NCBI GenBank assembly: GCA_036351155.1
Contig: JAZBOO010000125.1
Location: forward strand, 1-10,244
Direction of reading: 5' to 3'
Source: Candidatus Krumholzibacteriia bacterium
GTDB taxonomy: Bacteria; Krumholzibacteriota; Krumholzibacteriia; LZORAL124-64-63
DNA: 10,244 nt
Made by a program: the position numbers and the translations under genes. The notes beneath the pieces are model-generated. The model did not search any database, was not told the origin of the DNA, and saw nothing but the letters and a program-made list of their open reading frames with translations. This document shows, one piece after another, positions 5,934 to 10,244 of this stretch (position 1 is the stretch's first letter; the number at the start of each line of letters is the position of its first letter).

Positions 5934-7994
5934 ATGGCTGTCGAAAAAAAGAACACACTGCACAACCACCTGCTGGCCCTGAAGAATGACGAAAGGGTCT
6001 TCGAGAACGCTTTCGAGGGCATCAGCCGCATGATTCTGCAGGACGAAATCGAAAAAGTCGTGGTGAATGGTAAAACGACATACGATTTCAAAATTTTTCG
6101 ACGGGGCAAGAAGCACATCGTCGGCATGTACGATGAAATCAACAGCTTCGTTTCCTACGTGAAGGACGCTGCCGAGGGCGGATCCTCCAAGGAGATGGCC
6201 TACGTGCTGGTGGGCGAGCCCGGCAACGGCAAGACCTTCTTCGTGGAGTATGTCAGCCGTCTGTACCGCGAATTCCTGGCCAGCGACCGCAACCGAAAGT
6301 ACACCTTCCGCTTCACCGGCCTGGATGAAATCGGGACATACGGCAAGATTGCGACCATCGAAAGCCAGACCTACGAGGATCCGGCCATCCTGGGCATGAA
6401 CCTGCACGAAACCGAGGACGAGAACCGGGGATACCTGGCCCGCAAGGTGGGTTTGAGCGAAGAGCAGATCGCCAAGATGTGGGAGAACTACCGCCCGCTG
6501 GGTGCCTGCAGCGGCTACATCTGGAGCGACCTCCGCAATCACTGCAACGGCAACCTGGATCAGATGCTGGGTCACGTGGAGATCATCCCGGTGCCGCTGA
6601 CCGAAAGCCTGGGCACCGTGACCGGGAAGTATCCGGCCAAGGACAAGATCACCAGCAGCGCCGTGGACCTGCTGGGCGAGGAATCGATCCAGCGTTTGCT
6701 GCACATCACCGACACGAACAACCCCTATCGGTTCGACCTCAGGCGTGGAGCCCTGGCCCGGGTGGCCGGCGGCGGCATCCACTTCTCGGACGAGATGTTC
6801 AAGAACAAGAAGGATCTGGTGCAGGTCTACCTGGGCGTGATCCAGAACCGGACCATCGAGATCGACGGCTACAAGTGGCCCATCGACAGCATGATCGTGG
6901 CCACCAGCAACAACAGCGAGTTCAACCGCTTCCTGGCCGAGAAGGAAGAGGCGCCGATTGTTGACCGTTGCCGCATCAGCTACATCTCGCACAACACCAA
7001 CTACCTGCTGCAGGATCAGCTGACCCGGTACGCCATCGGCAGCGAGACGAAGACCACGCTGACCCGCGAGGTCCTGCACCAGGACCCCAACCTGAACTAC
7101 GCGGCCAGCGTGTCGGTCATCCTGAGCCGGCTCCCTCACAGCGAGAAGCTGACGCCCATCGAGACCATGAAACTGGCGGCGGGCGAGGTGGCCGGCGAGA
7201 AGAGCATCAAGGCCCTGGCCGAGGTCATCGACATCCTGAGTCAGGATACGGACATCACCAACCGGTTTGGCCAGAAGGGGCTGGGACAGCGCAACCTGGG
7301 CCGGGCCATCCAGCTGATGGTCGAAAGCAGCGAGACCAACGAGGGCTGCTGCATGTTCGCCTACGATGTGTTCAAGACCATCGAGCGCGTGATCCTGGAC
7401 TACGTGCATGACAGCAACGACCGGGCGAAGTACCTGGAAGATCTGAAAACCGCGCGCGGGCTGTATCGCGAACGCATCATGACGGAGATGTTCAACGCCT
7501 ACATGGACGAGCCTCAGGCCATCCGCAAGGACGTGATGAACTACGTGAACATGATCATCGGTATCGACGCCGAGCACCTGGGCCCGGACAAGATGTGGAA
7601 GTACAAGGATCCGCAGACCGGTGAGCTGAGGGCCCTGAAGGTGGACGAGCGGTTCATCAAGAGCATCGAGGAGCGCCTGCAGCTGAAGACCGAGGAGCAG
7701 CGTGAGACCTTCCGCACCACGATCCGCAAGATCTACGGGCAGAAGATCAGCCTGGATCCCAACTACGACTTCATGGACAACCTCGAACTGGTCAAGGCCG
7801 TGACCGATGTGCGTCTGAAGAGCGACATCGCCGGCGCGGGCAGCCTGATCGGTGCCCTGGCCAACCGGACCAACGAGGAGAACCAGAAGCTGTACGACCG
7901 CATGATCGACACCATGCTGAACAAGCTGGGCTATTGCCGCACATGCGCGCAGAAGACCATCGAATATTTCTGCACGCAGGAAGACGAAACATAA
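5934..7994 (+). CDS. prkA: PrkA/YeaG-family AAA+ 'serine protein kinase'
   Basis: Walker A GEPGNGKT, Walker B IHFSDE, IVATSN, DRC, C-terminal GYCxxCA. SD AAGGGAG (5921-5927) before ATG 5934; synteny with yeaH and spoVR. Confidence 0.92.
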   Translation: MAVEKKNTLHNHLLALKNDERVFENAFEGISRMILQDEIEKVVVNGKTTYDFKIFRRGKKHIVGMYDEINSFVSYVKDAAEGGSSKEMAYVLVGEPGNGKTFFVEYVSRLYREFLASDRNRKYTFRFTGLDEIGTYGKIATIESQTYEDPAILGMNLHETEDENRGYLARKVGLSEEQIAKMWENYRPLGACSGYIWSDLRNHCNGNLDQMLGHVEIIPVPLTESLGTVTGKYPAKDKITSSAVDLLGEESIQRLLHITDTNNPYRFDLRRGALARVAGGGIHFSDEMFKNKKDLVQVYLGVIQNRTIEIDGYKWPIDSMIVATSNNSEFNRFLAEKEEAPIVDRCRISYISHNTNYLLQDQLTRYAIGSETKTTLTREVLHQDPNLNYAASVSVILSRLPHSEKLTPIETMKLAAGEVAGEKSIKALAEVIDILSQDTDITNRFGQKGLGQRNLGRAIQLMVESSETNEGCCMFAYDVFKTIERVILDYVHDSNDRAKYLEDLKTARGLYRERIMTEMFNAYMDEPQAIRKDVMNYVNMIIGIDAEHLGPDKMWKYKDPQTGELRALKVDERFIKSIEERLQLKTEEQRETFRTTIRKIYGQKISLDPNYDFMDNLELVKAVTDVRLKSDIAGAGSLIGALANRTNEENQKLYDRMIDTMLNKLGYCRTCAQKTIEYFCTQEDET

Positions 7995-8015
7995 ATTTTT
8001 CCTGAGAAATATGAG

Positions 8016-8033
8016 GGAAGATGTGAATCTTCC
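8016..8033 (+). other. Small hairpin with GNRA tetraloop
   Basis: GGAAGAT-GTGA-ATCTTCC, a perfect 7-bp stem with no U-tract, between the prkA stop and the inserted gene. Confidence 0.45.
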
Positions 8034-8059
8034 AACACAATAGCGAGATGGAGAATGGG

Positions 8060-8692
8060 ATGTTTTCAAAGTGCGGAATGTTGCGAGTTGGCTTGATTTG
8101 TATGGTGGCTGCTTTCGTCGCCCTACCTCTATTTGCCATGGGTCCAATGGTTGGAACATCAGAAAAGGACACCGCTGGCATCGATTGGCTCTACGATTCG
8201 CCTCTCACTGTATTTGAGGAGATCACGCCTCTGGAGGGAGGTTTGTATAGGTATTCCTACAGTTTTCTGAACACGGATATCAACAACATCTGGCATTTCA
8301 ATGTGTTCACACGATTTGAGGTTCAACTTCCTGCCACGCCGTTCACTGAGTTTCAGATGTGGAACGCTTGGTATGCGGAAATTGATTGGGCGAATCAAGT
8401 CTATGATGCACGGAATCTTGACCCCGAAATCATCAGTTCGGGACAGACATGGTATGGGAACGGACCTGATTATCCTTATCCAGACCACCCAATTCCAAAT
8501 GGGACATTCGTGGAGGGTTTTTCGTTCATTGGCACTGAAATGGACCCCAGCCCCAAAGTCTACTTTTACGAAACACTGGAAAGTGGTCATGCTCTTGATA
8601 CAGGATTCGTTGCGGCAGTTGGCATGACCGAGAACGGAGTTGTCGCCACCACCCCAACATCATGGGGGCAGGTCAAATGTCTGTTCAGGTGA
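8060..8692 (+). CDS. Secreted hypothetical protein with C-terminal SWGxxKxxFR motif
   Basis: ATG 8060 with SD GGAG (8050-8053); ORF open from 8048. Signal peptide-like LRVGLICMVAAFVALPLFA, aromatic beta-rich body (YRYSYSFLN...FVEGFSF), ends VATTPTSWGQVKCLFR. Confidence 0.8.
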   Translation: MFSKCGMLRVGLICMVAAFVALPLFAMGPMVGTSEKDTAGIDWLYDSPLTVFEEITPLEGGLYRYSYSFLNTDINNIWHFNVFTRFEVQLPATPFTEFQMWNAWYAEIDWANQVYDARNLDPEIISSGQTWYGNGPDYPYPDHPIPNGTFVEGFSFIGTEMDPSPKVYFYETLESGHALDTGFVAAVGMTENGVVATTPTSWGQVKCLFR

Positions 8693-8697
8693 GAAAA

Positions 8698-8754
8698 ATG
8701 ATCAAACTAACTCTGCGAGGAAAAGTGAACTCCTCTCAGGAAGATGAAAACTAG
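8698..8754 (+). CDS. 18-aa mini-ORF ending in the displaced prkA tail (MIKLTLRGKVNSSQEDEN)
   Basis: ATG 5 nt after the upstream TGA with AGGTGA SD-like sequence at 8687-8692. Its TAG lies 3 nt before, and in frame with, the yeaH ATG. Confidence 0.4.
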   Translation: MIKLTLRGKVNSSQEDEN

Positions 8755-8757
8755 GCC

Positions 8758-10161
8758 ATGAACGACCGGCAACGGGCATACTTCGAGGAACTGAAGGGGC
8801 AGGGGCTGAGCGCCGAGCGCGAGGCCGCCATGCGCCGCGAACTGGAAGCCGAGGGAAACCACGATCCGGCCGCGGCGGCGGATCCCCAGTTCACTCCCGG
8901 CCTGGATGTGCTGCGCCAGGTCATCAACAACCCCTACGCGTTTGGCGACCTGACCTTCCTGCAGGATATGGCCAGCCCCATCCTGAACTACACGGCGCAG
9001 ATCGGCACGCTGGACGAGCTCATGGAGCGGGACAGCAAGCGCGAAGAGGATGGCTTTCCGCGCAAGATCCGCATCGGCAAGCTGGTCAAGCCCATGCGCG
9101 GCGGCAACCAGAAGGTGGTGGTGGTGCCCTCGACCGTGGAGGAAAAATTCGTCCACGACCCCAACTTCAAGCAGCAGGAAGAGGGCGGCGGCGGCGCTGG
9201 TGGCAGCGGTGATGGCGAAGAAGGTGAAGTGATCGGCGAGCAGCCCGTACGGCCCCAGGAAGGCGAAGGGGAAGGCACCGGTCCGGGCGGCGGCGACGGC
9301 GAGAACCACGAGATGGAGAGCAACGCCTACGACCTGGGCAAGATCCTGACCGAGCAGTTCAGCCTGCCCAACCTGCAGAACAAGGGCAAGAAACGCTCGC
9401 TGACCCGGTTCACCTACGATCTGACCGACCTGAATCGTGGCTTCGGGCAGCTGCTGGAGAAGAAGGCCACCCTCAAGCAGATCATCGAGACCAATATTGC
9501 CCTGGGACGTATCACCGGCGGCACCGAGGTGGACCCGAGCAGCTTCCTGGTGTCCCCCCGCGACAAGGTGTACCGCATCCTGTCCAAGGAGAAGGACTTC
9601 GAGTCGCAGGCGCTCATTTTCTTCCTGCGCGATTATTCAGGAAGCATGAGCGGCAAGCCCACCGATGTGGTGGTCAGCCAGCACGTGATGATCTACAGCT
9701 GGCTTCTGTACCAGTACGGCGGTCAGGTCGAGTCGCGGTTCATCCTGCACGACACCGAGGCCAAGGAAGTGCCCGACTTCTACACCTACTACAACAGCCG
9801 CGTGGCCGGGGGCACCAAGGTCAGCAGCGCCTTCAAGATGGTCAACGAGATCGTCCAGAAGGAGAACCTGGCCCGGGACTACAACATCTACGTGTTCCAC
9901 GGCACCGACGGCGACGACTGGGACACCGAGGGCAAGGAATGCCTGCCCGAGATCGAAACCATGCTGGGCTACACCAACCGGCTGGGCGTGACCATCGCCG
10001 AGAACAGCTACGGCCCTTCGGGCCAGACCGAGGTCGAGAAGTACCTGAAGGGTTCCGGCCTGCTGGAAAAGAAAAAGAACCTCATCCGCCTGGACGTGAT
10101 GAGCGAAAACGCCGAGGAACCGCGGATCATCGAGGGTATCCGCAACCTCATCAGCGAATAG
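8758..10161 (+). CDS. yeaH: YeaH/YhbH (DUF444) family vWA-domain protein
   Basis: Gly/Glu-rich linker (GGGGAGGSGDGEEGEVIG), LPNLQNKG, MIDAS-like FLRDYSGSM, FILHDTEAKEV, GGTKVSSA, NIYVFHGTDGDDW; lies between prkA and spoVR. Confidence 0.9.
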   Translation: MNDRQRAYFEELKGQGLSAEREAAMRRELEAEGNHDPAAAADPQFTPGLDVLRQVINNPYAFGDLTFLQDMASPILNYTAQIGTLDELMERDSKREEDGFPRKIRIGKLVKPMRGGNQKVVVVPSTVEEKFVHDPNFKQQEEGGGGAGGSGDGEEGEVIGEQPVRPQEGEGEGTGPGGGDGENHEMESNAYDLGKILTEQFSLPNLQNKGKKRSLTRFTYDLTDLNRGFGQLLEKKATLKQIIETNIALGRITGGTEVDPSSFLVSPRDKVYRILSKEKDFESQALIFFLRDYSGSMSGKPTDVVVSQHVMIYSWLLYQYGGQVESRFILHDTEAKEVPDFYTYYNSRVAGGTKVSSAFKMVNEIVQKENLARDYNIYVFHGTDGDDWDTEGKECLPEIETMLGYTNRLGVTIAENSYGPSGQTEVEKYLKGSGLLEKKKNLIRLDVMSENAEEPRIIEGIRNLISE

Positions 10162-10173
10162 AAGGACGGCTCC

Positions 10174-10244
10174 ATGCAGCTGATCGACCAACACGCCAAG
10201 GCCATCATGGAAGGGTGCAAGGAACGCGCCCGCGACGCCGGGCT
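10174..10244 (+). CDS. spoVR: SpoVR/YcgB family protein, 5' fragment (truncated by window end)
   Basis: SD GAAGGA (10161-10166), ATG 10174, MQLIDQHAKAIMEGCKERARDAG. Resembles the SpoVR N-terminal helix ending A..GL and occupies the canonical position after yeaH. Not in the supplied ORF track. Confidence 0.75.
   Translation, partial: MQLIDQHAKAIMEGCKERARDAG

Larger units (their letters stand above)
7977..8749 (+). mobile_element. ~760-bp insertion bounded by imperfect direct repeats duplicating the prkA 3' end
   Basis: CAGGAAGACGAAA (7977-7989) vs CAGGAAGATGAAA (8737-8749), 12/13 identical, each followed by an in-register stop (QEDET*/QEDEN*). Interior GC is ~45-47% in two counted 60-nt lines vs ~68% in a prkA line. 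No transposase or integrase inside. Confidence 0.6.

Noticed and set aside
5775..8159. 794-aa minus-strand ORF (also 106-1410 +, 1420-2211 +, 2277-3281 -, 4003-4662 +, 8707-9309 -, 9637-10194 -)
   Set aside because: Antisense shadows of well-supported genes, expected from GC-rich codon bias; no recognisable motifs.
9178..9303. Gly/Glu low-complexity repeat-like stretch in yeaH
   Set aside because: Normal linker of the YeaH/DUF444 family.

Overview
GC-rich bacterial DNA with four modules. (1) A secreted S9-family peptidase (minus strand) is divergent from an ECF sigma factor and probable membrane anti-sigma pair. The ~430 bp between them is unusually structured: three successive long inverted repeats, the last bracketing a near-consensus sigma70 promoter and covering the ECF RBS/start. 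(2) A compact minus-strand two-gene RiPP-like cassette: a CcpM-like radical SAM/SPASM maturase followed by a 58-aa CxCxC peptide gene with a strong RBS. (3) A prkA/yeaG - yeaH (DUF444) - spoVR/ycgB operon with a sigma54-type promoter, running off the window end. (4) A ~760-bp lower-GC insertion at the 3' end of prkA, flanked by a duplicated prkA tail (QEDET*/QEDEN*). It carries a secreted protein with a C-terminal SWGxxK motif and an 18-codon mini-ORF that may restore translational coupling to yeaH. All calls come from manual motif reading; no searches were run.
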